Below, piece after piece: positions 52,601 to 60,355 of a DNA stretch of 64,000 nucleotides. The DNA is taken from NCBI GenBank assembly GCA_963422395.1, contig OY729431.1, positions 1,984,001-2,048,000 on the forward strand, in the 5' to 3' direction. The DNA is from Vicinamibacteria bacterium. Lineage in GTDB: Bacteria; Acidobacteriota; Vicinamibacteria; Marinacidobacterales; Marinacidobacteraceae. A program made the translations under genes and the position numbers. How positions within the stretch are numbered: position 1 is the first letter of the stretch; every line of letters starts with the position of its first letter. The notes beneath the pieces were generated by a model. The model was not told the origin of the DNA. It did not search any database and saw only the letters and a program-made list of their open reading frames with translations.

Positions 52601-52920
52601 AGGCACTTTCCGGGGAGCCGGTCGCTTCGGGCCGCCTCTACTACTCCACCGTCCGCGGCGCTTACTTGCAGACGGAGGTGGACACCGGGAGCCCGGAATC
52701 GCGGCAGGTCTTCGAGAAGTTCCTCGCGGCCCTGGACCGCGCGGTCGCACACGGCCGGTTGCCCGCCCACCCCGATCCGGGACTTCGTTACCTCGTCTGC
52801 GACTCCTGCGACTACCTCCCGGTGTGCGGACCGCACCCGGCCGCCCACCACCGGACCAAAGCCGGGCCGGAGGTCGCCGCCGCGCTCCGCGAGGCCCGGG
52901 AGATCCGTCAGCTTCCTTGA
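49630..52920 (+). CDS. addB: AddB-like helicase/nuclease subunit
   Basis: C-terminal RecB-family nuclease GSIDAVE...TDYKTG...QPLLY; Fe-S cysteines ACPY and CDSCDYLPVC. Confidence 0.85.
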   Translation: MPMQFLKSPRAAVRIAAARRFLGRLDPGAPFLAIGQHRHAADRLCHEIIETRELRKGALLGAFRYGFAALAARLAAPELAARGMEPLSPAVRLACVVRVLHRARRAGTLGRFGEVARGPGLAARLASTFDELRRTGISAQGTADADPDLGRLYSRYIETLDGSRLADRAEIFDAARRNLEAGATPFARRPVGLPAVFLDVPLHDRSAKRFAAALAAASPAVLFTIPTGDDLTGKTVLDFGAAPDAGGEVGGTAPDDAVAAVQQCLFETRRPDPHPDPSVEPCGLTVISAPGNAAEALAAARIFLAEASGGTAFDRMAVLLPNPGRQASGFREAFQRAGIPAFFEAGARLPHPAGRAFLALLDCAREDLSAARFAEYLSLGETPGGGADHGMAPGEATDPEGTGQKVDDPWATAPPGASDRERGDEEAPRRWERLIRDAEVIGGLDRWKRRLARFRDQLRRDEEAEEDPARREQIRLRREDMRRLTETALPILNLLDRLPAPHARFGEWAEHLGTLARTALLHPEGVIECLDETAPMREVDEVTLIEIRRSLGRRLSEVVPRSRGSRYGQVWVGPIEAVRGLDFEIVAAPGLSERAFPRPIREDPMLPDRQRRLLSPELPLREDFVERERLRLRLVAGAATRRLFLSYSSLDLVEGRQQVPSYHLAEAFRAGLGRIPTLGAIRKAAGESSGVLRGLRAPKDSSLAIDRREFDLSCVAKALGTPETPGRPGAAAFLVSNPALGRALRQEYLRQSRKWQSTDGFLFPNQPALAALAAHRPANRAYSATGLESFAACPYQFFLKNLIRLRPTERPDAVVQLDPLSRGSLLHEVFFHLGQQFRAQGLAPLTEARLDEAYSVLDDVFRQVEAEQKDRLAPAVERIWRDQMDGLLGDLRGFLERLAGTGVEIVANEFTFGMPARQPADPRSTSEPVLLPGGLRLHGSIDAVERLPDGTTRITDYKTGRASTETWRNRNERILFGGKSMQPLLYALAQEALSGEPVASGRLYYSTVRGAYLQTEVDTGSPESRQVFEKFLAALDRAVAHGRLPAHPDPGLRYLVCDSCDYLPVCGPHPAAHHRTKAGPEVAAALREAREIRQLP

Positions 52921-52941
52921 ACGCCCGTTGAAAGTCGAACG

Positions 52942-55900
52942 ATGACCTCGGTGGAGAGTCTGCCGGACGCCGCCGCGCGCGAGCGGATTCGCACCGACCA
53001 CGGCACCACGCTGATCGTGGAAGCCGCCGCCGGGACCGGGAAGACCACCGAGGTGGTCCGCCGGATCGTGGAGCTGATCGCAGTCGGACGGGCCGAGGTC
53101 CGCCAGATCGCGGCGATCACCTTCACCCAAAGGGCCGGAGGCGAGTTGCGTCTGCGGATTCGGCAGGGGATCGAAACCCGGATCGAAGCCGAGCGCGCAA
53201 GCGGGGGCGATCCGGCGGCGCGGGTGCAGCTCGAACAAGCGCTGGCACAGATCGAAGAAGCCTCCATCGGGACGATCCACACCTTCTGCGCGACGCTGCT
53301 CCGCGAACATCCGGTCGAGGCCGGAGTAGACCCCGATTTCGAGGTCCTGGCCGACCGGGATCGACGCATCTTCTTCGATCGGGTCTTCCAGCAGTTCGCG
53401 GTCGAGCAGCTCGCCTCCCCCGAGCCGGGAGTGGCGCGCCTGCTGCGCTGCAGCCGGAATCCGAAGGAAAGCCCTCTCGATCTGCTTCGGGAGGCGGGCT
53501 CCCGGCTCCTCGATCACCGGCACCTCGACGCTCCCTGGACACGAAAGCCTTGGAATCGGCAAGTAGAGATCGAGCGCCTTCTCGGTGAAGATCTGGAGAT
53601 CTCCAGGGACGACCCGCGCTCCGGCACGCCGAAGACGGGGACCGTTCCATCGCTCTCTTCCCTGGAAGCCCTCTACCGGAAGTTCCGGGATCCACCGGGT
53701 GCCAGAACCAACTGGCTCGTCGCTTCGATGGCGGAGGCGGCCGACCTGATGCGGGAGATACGGCTCCGCGAGGCCGCCGGAGTAGGGGATCCGGACTGGA
53801 CGGAGCAGGCGCTCGCGTCCTTGCGGATGAAACGCCACCGCGGCTTCGTTCCGACCGGCGCGCCAGCCGACCTCCGCGAGCAGCGGGACGCCTTCGGCGA
53901 TCGGCTCGATCACTTCCGGGAGCAGAGCCGAGCCGACCTCGCCGCGCTGCTCCGCGAAGACCTGCGGGGTCTGGTCGCTCTCTACGAAGAAAGGAAGCGG
54001 AAGGCCGGACTCCTCGATTTCGACGACCTGCTCCTCTTCGTCCGCGGCCTGCTGCGTGCGAACGCCGCGCTGCGCGCCGAACTGCGGGGCCGCTTCCGAC
54101 AGATCCTGGTGGACGAGTATCAGGACACCGATCCGCTCCAGACGGAAATCCTGCTGCTGCTCACCGCTCAGGACCCGCCGGGCGGCGACTGGACGGAGGC
54201 GGTTCCGATCCCCGGGCGTCTTTGCCTGGTCGGAGACCCCAAGCAGTCCATCTACCGCTTCCGGCGCGCCGATGTGCGTCACTACCTCGAAGTCAAAAAG
54301 CATCTCCTGCGCAGCGGCGGCGCCGAAGTCCGGCTCACCACGAACTTTCGCTCGGTGCCTGTTCTGTGCACCTTCGTCAACGAGGTCATGGAGCCGGTCT
54401 TCAGGCAGGCGGAGGGAGTGCGGCCGCTGGCGCGGCAGGTGGACTACTCCCGGCTCCAGCCGTTCCGGAGCCCGCTGCCCGGCAGCGCCCCCCTGGCACC
54501 GATTCCGCTCTCCTCCGAGTATCTCCGCAACCTCGAACAGGAGGAACCTGCCGCGGTGGCGAAGTTCGTCGAGCAGCTCCTGGAAAGCGGCTTCGAGGTG
54601 ACGGACCGTGAATCCGGCGCGGTGCGTCCGGTGGAGCCCAGTGACATCTGCATGCTCTTCCGCCGCTTCCGCTCCTATCGAAAACTCGTGCCGCAGCGCT
54701 ACGCGGAAGGACTCGTGGAGCGGGGGATTCCGCACGCCCTCGGCGCCGTCCGGAGTTACATCGGCAGCGCCGAGCTCGTGAGCCTGCGCGCCGCCCTCAC
54801 CGCGATCGAATTCCCCGACGACGAGCTGAGCGTCTATGCGGCACTGCGCGGCCCGCTGTTTTCGATCCCGGATCAGGACCTCTTCCTCTTCCGGGAGGGC
54901 CGCGGGGGGCGGCTCCGCCCTTCGGACGCCGCGCAGCTCGAACTCGGGGACGACGCGAGCGACGCGGACCGTGCGATCCGGGAAGCGCTGCGGTTCCTCT
55001 TTCGGCTGCACCGGCAGCGCAACCACCTGCCCATCGCGATCACCCTTCAGGCGCTCCTCAGCGAGAACCGCGCCGAGTCCGCCTTCGCCTTCTGGAAATC
55101 GCCCGATCAGGTGTTCTCGAATCTCCGCCGGCTCACCGAAGCCGCGCGCGCATTCGAAGCACGAGGCGGGTTGTCGTTCCGCGGCTTCGTGGAGCAGCTC
55201 GACGCCGAGGTCGAGAATCCAGGTTTCGGCCCCTCCCAGGCGATGGACGAGGATGTGAGCGGAGTGCGGATGATGACGATCCATTCCGCCAAGGGCCTCG
55301 AGTTTCCGGTCGTGATCCTCTGCGACGCGGCACACACCAGAAACGCGCGCGCCCAGCGGATCGTCCGGCCCGAGCGAAACCTCCACGCCTGCGATCTCGG
55401 CGACCGCCTGTTCCCCTGGGATCTGCTCGAAGGGGCGGACCGGGAGGAAGCCGAAGGACTCGCCGAAGAGGACCGGATGCTCTATGTGGCGATGACCAGG
55501 GCGCGCGACCTGCTCGCTGCACCGGTGTTCGATCTGCGGTTCGAGAACGACAGCATGCTCCGACCGGTCTCGCGCGGGTTGAGCCGTTTCCGCGAATCCA
55601 GCGAGCGGAACACCGATCCGACCGGCTGGTCTCGGCGGAGCGCAGCGAAGTGGGAGATCCTGAAAGCAGCCGGGAACGAAACGGCAGCGAAGGAGGGCGA
55701 ACAGGCCGAGAGGGGGTTCCTCGCCCGACGGCGACTGGCCCTCGAGACCGGGCGGATTCCCCGCCGCCGCACCACGAAGGCCGCCGTCTTCGTCGCGGAG
55801 ACAGCGAGCGAAGAGCATGACGCCGCCGCGGGGGAGCTCCACATTCTCTCCCGTGATCCGGACTGCCCGAGCGGCGCCGGGTTCGGGAACCTCGTCCGCC

Positions 55901-56424
55901 AGGTGCTCGACCGGGTGGACTTCAGCGCTCCCGCCGAAGCGGTGCAGCTCGAAGCCGAACGATCGGCCGGAGAACTCGATCTTCCGGGCGAGTTCGCCGC
56001 TTCGGCAGCAAAGACAGTGCTCGCCGCCCTTCGGCACCCCCTGATCGAGGCGGCGCGGGAGGCAGCGGTGTGCTACCGGGAGCTGCCCCTGCTGCACCTG
56101 GAGGAAGCGGCGCCCGGAGTGTTCGCGGGCCGGGCGGCGATCCCCACCGGCCCGTTCCTCGCCGTTTCGGCACTCGATGCGGACGGAGCGGATGGGGCGG
56201 GCGAAGGCGCCGCCGTCCTGGTCGAGGGGGTCGCCGACCTCGTTTTCCGCGCCGCGGCGGCCGAGCCCTGGACGGTGGTGGACATCCGGACCGACGGCTT
56301 CGGGCCCGAAGATCCAGTGACCCGAGAGACCGTGAAGTGCTGGCAACGACTGGTCGCTCTCTCCGCCCGCGCCGTCTCGCGCGCCACCGGCGACCCGGCG
56401 AAAGCGGCCCTGCTCCTCGTCTGA
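52942..56424 (+). CDS. addA: AddA-like UvrD helicase with degenerate nuclease domain
   Basis: AAAGTGKT, TIHTFC, VDEYQD, GDPKQSIYRFR, TIHSAKGLEF, YVAMTRARD. Confidence 0.88.
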   Translation: MTSVESLPDAAARERIRTDHGTTLIVEAAAGTGKTTEVVRRIVELIAVGRAEVRQIAAITFTQRAGGELRLRIRQGIETRIEAERASGGDPAARVQLEQALAQIEEASIGTIHTFCATLLREHPVEAGVDPDFEVLADRDRRIFFDRVFQQFAVEQLASPEPGVARLLRCSRNPKESPLDLLREAGSRLLDHRHLDAPWTRKPWNRQVEIERLLGEDLEISRDDPRSGTPKTGTVPSLSSLEALYRKFRDPPGARTNWLVASMAEAADLMREIRLREAAGVGDPDWTEQALASLRMKRHRGFVPTGAPADLREQRDAFGDRLDHFREQSRADLAALLREDLRGLVALYEERKRKAGLLDFDDLLLFVRGLLRANAALRAELRGRFRQILVDEYQDTDPLQTEILLLLTAQDPPGGDWTEAVPIPGRLCLVGDPKQSIYRFRRADVRHYLEVKKHLLRSGGAEVRLTTNFRSVPVLCTFVNEVMEPVFRQAEGVRPLARQVDYSRLQPFRSPLPGSAPLAPIPLSSEYLRNLEQEEPAAVAKFVEQLLESGFEVTDRESGAVRPVEPSDICMLFRRFRSYRKLVPQRYAEGLVERGIPHALGAVRSYIGSAELVSLRAALTAIEFPDDELSVYAALRGPLFSIPDQDLFLFREGRGGRLRPSDAAQLELGDDASDADRAIREALRFLFRLHRQRNHLPIAITLQALLSENRAESAFAFWKSPDQVFSNLRRLTEAARAFEARGGLSFRGFVEQLDAEVENPGFGPSQAMDEDVSGVRMMTIHSAKGLEFPVVILCDAAHTRNARAQRIVRPERNLHACDLGDRLFPWDLLEGADREEAEGLAEEDRMLYVAMTRARDLLAAPVFDLRFENDSMLRPVSRGLSRFRESSERNTDPTGWSRRSAAKWEILKAAGNETAAKEGEQAERGFLARRRLALETGRIPRRRTTKAAVFVAETASEEHDAAAGELHILSRDPDCPSGAGFGNLVRQVLDRVDFSAPAEAVQLEAERSAGELDLPGEFAASAAKTVLAALRHPLIEAAREAAVCYRELPLLHLEEAAPGVFAGRAAIPTGPFLAVSALDADGADGAGEGAAVLVEGVADLVFRAAAAEPWTVVDIRTDGFGPEDPVTRETVKCWQRLVALSARAVSRATGDPAKAALLLV

Positions 56425-56560
56425 CCACTCCGCACCCATCGACCGACAGGCTGCGGGTCCGCAGCCTGTTCGCACCTGCCGCTCCCCTGCATAGAATCTT
56501 CCTGCGGTCTGGTTCCGCCGCCGGGTCCGGTTCGGACACGCGGCGACCTGCCCGGGATCC

Positions 56561-56968
56561 ATGACGCCGCACCCTCGCATCCGCCGATGGCGTGGATTTC
56601 GCCGCGCCCTTTGGATCCTTCGTGCCGAGGTCGTCCGCGCCGTCGTGGAGAGGGTGCGCGACTTACGGGCCCGACCGAGCCGAGCGGCACCGGCACTCAT
56701 GATCCTGCTGACCGGCGCCGCGGCGGCATTCACCGGCTCCCAGGGGCTCGCAGCGCTGAACGAGCAGCGGAGCCAGCAAGAAACCCTTCGGGCAGAGGTG
56801 GAGCGGCTCGAGCAGGAAGCCGCCGATTTCCGGGACGAGATCGCCCTCTTGCGGCGCGACCCGGCGGCCCTCGAACTCCTGGCGAAGACCCGCCATCAGC
56901 TGGTGGAACCGGGGGAAATGGTCGTTCTGCTCCGCTTCCCGGAGCGCTACGGCCCCGAACGGCCTTAG
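56561..56968 (+). CDS. ftsB: Septum formation initiator (FtsB/DivIC)
   Basis: One TM segment, coiled coil, DPAALELLAK...LVEPGE. Confidence 0.75.
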   Translation: MTPHPRIRRWRGFRRALWILRAEVVRAVVERVRDLRARPSRAAPALMILLTGAAAAFTGSQGLAALNEQRSQQETLRAEVERLEQEAADFRDEIALLRRDPAALELLAKTRHQLVEPGEMVVLLRFPERYGPERP

Positions 56969-57035
56969 CAGCCTGTGGATAAAGTGGCGCGAGCCCAAGA
57001 TCGGCGATGCCCAGTCCTCCCGGTGGGGCCCCGCG
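56966..57035. mobile_element. Truncated copy of the MITE-like element
   Basis: TAGCAGCCTGTGGATAAAGTGGCGCGAGCCCAAG..GGCGATGCCCAGTCCTCCCGGTGGGGCCCCGC matches both ends of 26976-27169. Confidence 0.65.
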
Positions 57036-57042
57036 CGGCGGA

Positions 57043-57816
57043 CTACTCGATCCGGTAGCGCAACGAGAGCGGCTCGCCGGCGCGGTCCACCTTCAGTTCG
57101 ATTTCTCGCGCGGTCTGGAACCGCTGCACCAGCACCACCAGCGACTCCATGCCGCGCACCTCGCGGCCGTTCACCGCGAGCAGTACATCGCCGGGTGCGA
57201 GACCGGTTTCCGCCAGGACGGTGTCCTCTGGAAACGCGATCAGCTCCAGTCCGACCACTTCGTTCCCCTGAATCCGCGGGGCAACCACTGCAGTCTGGAG
57301 AATCCGCGGGAGTTCGGTCTGCAGCCGCAGCCGCACTTCATCCCGCGAGAAGAGCCTCTGGACCGAATCCCCGGAGGCTCCCGGAGCCAGCGTCGAGGGG
57401 GGCAGCGGCGGGTCGCTGCCTTCGGGGAGAGCTTCGGATACGGCGGGCTCGGCGGGAGGGAGGGAATCCGGAGGGACCACGGGCTCTACCCATTCTCGCG
57501 GAGGAGGCGGCAGCGCTGTTTCGGGGAAATGCAACCGGATCGCCTCCCCCTCCGGAGATTCGAGAAGCACCCGGTCCAGAAGGATTTCCATCACCGTGAA
57601 TCCGTGATGGGCCTCGCCGGGGCGCAACGCCCGCGGACGGCCGGTCCCGAACTGCAACAGCGCGATCCCGCCGCCTTCCTGATGGACCAGGCCGTGGAGT
57701 CGAATCTCCGGCGCCTCGACCGGTTGCGCCCGCGTGCCGCCCGAGGCCCCCGAAAGGATGGGCAGCCCGGCGGCGGCCGCGAGTACCGGAACGAAGAGCT
57801 TCGAAGAAAACGACAT
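57043..57816 (-). CDS. gspC: GspC-like type II secretion protein with PDZ domain
   Basis: N-terminal TM, IRLHGLV HR-like domain, Pro-rich linker, PDZ GLAPGDVLLAVNG; start uncertain. Confidence 0.6.
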   Translation of the reverse strand: MSFSSKLFVPVLAAAAGLPILSGASGGTRAQPVEAPEIRLHGLVHQEGGGIALLQFGTGRPRALRPGEAHHGFTVMEILLDRVLLESPEGEAIRLHFPETALPPPPREWVEPVVPPDSLPPAEPAVSEALPEGSDPPLPPSTLAPGASGDSVQRLFSRDEVRLRLQTELPRILQTAVVAPRIQGNEVVGLELIAFPEDTVLAETGLAPGDVLLAVNGREVRGMESLVVLVQRFQTAREIELKVDRAGEPLSLRYRIE

Positions 57817-58056
57817 CCAGGCCCGGTGGGAGACGGAGCAGCCCCGGGAGTGTACGGGGCGCGGCGGTCTCCAGACCGCGGCCAGCGCGATATGCTTCCG
57901 GCGAGCACTCGAGTGTCGGCCTGCGGGCTCGCGGGCCGCTACTCGACCGGCGCTTCCGACTCGCGTCACGGCGTCCGGGCCGTTCCAGGCGGGGCCTTGC
58001 CTGGCGGATCCGGCCGGGCCGCCGCCTGAGCCGTATCGGGATCGTTTTCGTGCTCG

Positions 58057-60354
58057 GTGTCGGCGCGCCAGATCGCGCCCGGCGGGATCAGACCCGGCCT
58101 TCGAGGCCGGGCCGGACCCTCCCGGCAGCGGTCGGACCGCGGGTATCGAGTTCGAGTGCCGCGGCGCGGCGCCTTCGCCTCGCCCGCCCACAACGCCAAC
58201 GGAACACCGCCTGCGGGTCCGGCCCCCACCAGGGCCGGCGCCCCGCTGCTGTTCCCTAGAACGCCCGCGATCGAAGACATCCTTTCTCGAACCCCCCCGG
58301 GGTCGCCCGCATCCGAACCGAGTTCGGAGATCCGGTCCAGCACGGATTCCCATTCGCTCAGCACGGGTATCGGCCGCGGTCTGCGCACACTCGCTCGTTC
58401 CTGGCCGGGGAGGATTCTGCTGGCGGTGGGGGGGGTATGGGCGCTTTCCTGGACGGGCGCCCTTCCGACAGCCTGGACGGGGGATGCCGGACTGGTGTTC
58501 GGGCTCACCCTCGCTGCGGTCTTGCTCTACTTCGGCCGCGATCTGCTGCGCTGGCTGCTCTATCCCGTTCGGCGCAAGCTGACCATCTCCTACCTGTTCA
58601 TCGGGCTGCTGCCCGTCCTGCTGCTGACCCTCTTCTTCCTGCTCGCCTTCTATGTGGCGCTCGGCCAGTTCAGCTCCTATGCCCTCCAGGCGAACCTCAG
58701 CGCCCGGGGCGCAGCCCTGGCAGGAAGCGCCCGGCAGATCCTGATCGAGATCCCCGACGGAGCCGACGACCGGGAGACCGGGGCGGCCCTCGCGCGGGCG
58801 GCCGCCGGAATCAGTGATCTCGCTCCCGGGGCGGTGGCGTGGCGCCTCGAGCGGGACGACCGCCGGATCACCCGCTTCGCGGCTTCGGCGGCGAACGGCC
58901 CGATCTCGCCGACAGACCCGATTCCCGAATGGGCCGCCTCTCCCTATGAAGGCGTGGTCCTGATGAGGGGCGGAGAGTGGTTCGGCGCCATGGTTCCGGA
59001 CGACGAAGGCCGCCGCCTCGCCGCCGTGCTGGCGCCCCTGGAGCCGCTCCTGCTTTCGAGCACCCGCGAAGAGGACCTGAACCTCCGGAGTACCTGGACC
59101 CTTTCCCTCGAAGACAGAGACGGGGAACCGTCGGCGCCTCGGATCACGGCGGGTGCCGACGACGGCCGACTCTCCATCCCCTGGATCGACAGCCTGCTGC
59201 TCGAAGCAGACCCGTGGCATCCCGGGCTCCAGGGCGGACGAGTGATCGTCTCTTTCGGCTTCGCGCCGATCCACCTGATCCAGGGGACGACCAGCAGCTT
59301 GGCGGAACCGCTCGCAATCAACGATCCGGCGCTCGGCAGCAGCCTGCTCCTGCTCCTCGGCGGGCTGGGCATGGTCTTCATCCTGCTCGAGGGCGCCGCC
59401 CTCTCCATCGGAATCCGGCTGGCCCGCTCCATCACCCGGTCGGTGGAGACCCTGAGCCGCGGCACAGAGCGGGTGCGCAGCGGGAACTTCGGCCATCAGG
59501 TCCGGGTAGCGTCGAGGGACCAACTCGGGGAGCTCGCCAGTTCCTTCAACATCATGACCGCCAAGATCGCGGACGACATGGGGCGCTTGCGCCGGGCGGC
59601 GGTCCTCGAACAGGAGATGGAGACCGCCCGAGCTTCCCAGGCACGCCTCCTGCCTCCGGAAGGTTCGGTGTCGGTCCCGGGCTTCCTGGTGTCCGCCGTT
59701 TGCCGCCCCGCAGCGCAGGTGGGAGGCGACTACTACGACCTGCTCCCGCTCGGACCCCGGCGCCTCGGCGTGGTGATCGCCGATGTCGCGGGAACCGGCA
59801 CCCGCGCGGCGTTCTACATGGCGGAGCTGAAGGGACTCATCCTCGCGCTGAGCCGAACCTACGAGTCTCCACGAAGAGTGCTCACCGAAGCGAACCGGGT
59901 CCTCCACGACACCCTCGACTCGCGCACCTTCATCACCATCACCTACGCGGTCTTCGACTCCGAGGCCCGCCTCGTGACTTTTGCGCGTGCCGGGCACAGC
60001 CCTCTTCTCCACCTGAGTCGGGAAGACGGTTCGTGGCCCCGTTCCGAGGCACTGGCCCCCGCAGGGCTCGGACTCGCGCTGGATCCGGGCCCCCTGTTCG
60101 AATCCATTCTCGAGGAGTGCTCCCTGCCACTCCACCCAGGAGAAATATGGCTCTTGTTCACCGACGGCGTCTCGGAAGCGATGAACGCAGAATCGGAAAT
60201 GTTCGGCGAGGAGCGGCTCATGCGGCTCCTCGAAGAGAACGCCGCGCTCCCGCCGGCGGAATTGCAGCGAACCCTCGAGGACGCCGTCTTGCAGTTCACC
60301 GGCGCGGAGGCCCACGCCGACGATCTGACGATGGTCCTCGTCCGGGTGGACTGA
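58057..60354 (+). CDS. Membrane HAMP + SpoIIE/PP2C phosphatase (RsbU-like)
   Basis: HAMP DQLGELASSFNIM; VGGDYYD, ADVAG, FTDGVSEA, DDLT; start uncertain. Confidence 0.88.
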   Translation: MSARQIAPGGIRPGLRGRAGPSRQRSDRGYRVRVPRRGAFASPAHNANGTPPAGPAPTRAGAPLLFPRTPAIEDILSRTPPGSPASEPSSEIRSSTDSHSLSTGIGRGLRTLARSWPGRILLAVGGVWALSWTGALPTAWTGDAGLVFGLTLAAVLLYFGRDLLRWLLYPVRRKLTISYLFIGLLPVLLLTLFFLLAFYVALGQFSSYALQANLSARGAALAGSARQILIEIPDGADDRETGAALARAAAGISDLAPGAVAWRLERDDRRITRFAASAANGPISPTDPIPEWAASPYEGVVLMRGGEWFGAMVPDDEGRRLAAVLAPLEPLLLSSTREEDLNLRSTWTLSLEDRDGEPSAPRITAGADDGRLSIPWIDSLLLEADPWHPGLQGGRVIVSFGFAPIHLIQGTTSSLAEPLAINDPALGSSLLLLLGGLGMVFILLEGAALSIGIRLARSITRSVETLSRGTERVRSGNFGHQVRVASRDQLGELASSFNIMTAKIADDMGRLRRAAVLEQEMETARASQARLLPPEGSVSVPGFLVSAVCRPAAQVGGDYYDLLPLGPRRLGVVIADVAGTGTRAAFYMAELKGLILALSRTYESPRRVLTEANRVLHDTLDSRTFITITYAVFDSEARLVTFARAGHSPLLHLSREDGSWPRSEALAPAGLGLALDPGPLFESILEECSLPLHPGEIWLLFTDGVSEAMNAESEMFGEERLMRLLEENAALPPAELQRTLEDAVLQFTGAEAHADDLTMVLVRVD

Positions 60355-60355
60355 G

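Noticed and set aside
52420-56733. 1437-aa minus-strand ORF (likewise 47355-50129, 27962-30172, 28375-31260)
   Set aside because: Antisense or off-frame shadows of addA, the TPR gene and tkt; no motifs.
57817-60315. N-terminal ~830 aa of the 1090-aa minus-strand ORF
   Set aside because: Antisense to the SpoIIE gene; only the last ~257 aa look like a real protein.
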